From the NCBI GenBank assembly GCA_048128005.1, contig JBEUKZ010000066.1:248001-312000 (forward strand): a DNA stretch of 64,000 nucleotides. The letters are read 5' to 3'. Source of the DNA: Veleropilina oligotropha (lineage: Eukaryota). The position numbers and the translations under genes are program-made. Shown here piece by piece: positions 63,778 through 64,000 of the stretch; the stretch's first letter is position 1, and each line of letters begins with the position of its first letter. The notes below the pieces were generated by a model. That model was not told the DNA's origin. It ran no database searches and was given only the letters and a program-made list of their open reading frames with translations.

Positions 63778-63898
63778 GGCTACGGCCCAACAGCGTTGAA
63801 CGCACCGGTTCTCACAGATCACCGAATTTAAGCAACGTTGTGCCCGGTCAGTATTTGGATGGGTGACCGTTATCGAATCCTGACTAGGTACCGTAGAC
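63778..63898 (+). pseudogene. 5S rRNA-derived sequence (pseudogene or SINE3 head)
   Basis: GGCTACGGCC...CACCGGTTCTC..GATCACCGAA.TTAAGCAACG...GGATGGGTGACCG matches 5S rRNA; 3' end diverged; no oligo-T terminator. Confidence 0.8.
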
Positions 63899-64000
63899 AA
63901 AACCGCCCGTTCCGATATAGACGTTAAACCGGGGGTCCCGACTATGATATGACTAAAAAACGAGTGTTAAATGTAGTCGTAAAACTAACTCCAGTATTGC

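Overview
AT-rich, intron-rich animal genomic DNA; the repeat types suggest a mollusc-like invertebrate (inference). Two host genes sit head-to-head: CFAP70/TTC18 (minus strand, 28 traceable coding exons, 6312-32397) and DTD1 (plus strand, from 35208). A complete Merlin DNA transposon lies between their start codons. After DTD1 exon 5 is a DIRS-type tyrosine-recombinase retrotransposon. Its RNase H domain is split exactly by a 15,498-bp GC-rich endogenous Polinton-like virus (43066-58563; 193-bp TIRs, AG...CT termini, GACGG target duplication). The virus encodes a probable double-jelly-roll major capsid, a penton, an A32-type packaging ATPase and an rve integrase. I could recognise no stand-alone adenain protease and no canonical pPolB. 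Instead there is one broken giant gene (vOTU-like, divergent PolB, SF1 helicase, HNH), several membrane proteins, a protein with PSAP/LYPxL motifs, a secreted Cys-rich protein and a short KAPA-repeat basic peptide. All assignments come from reading motifs by eye; no searches were run.
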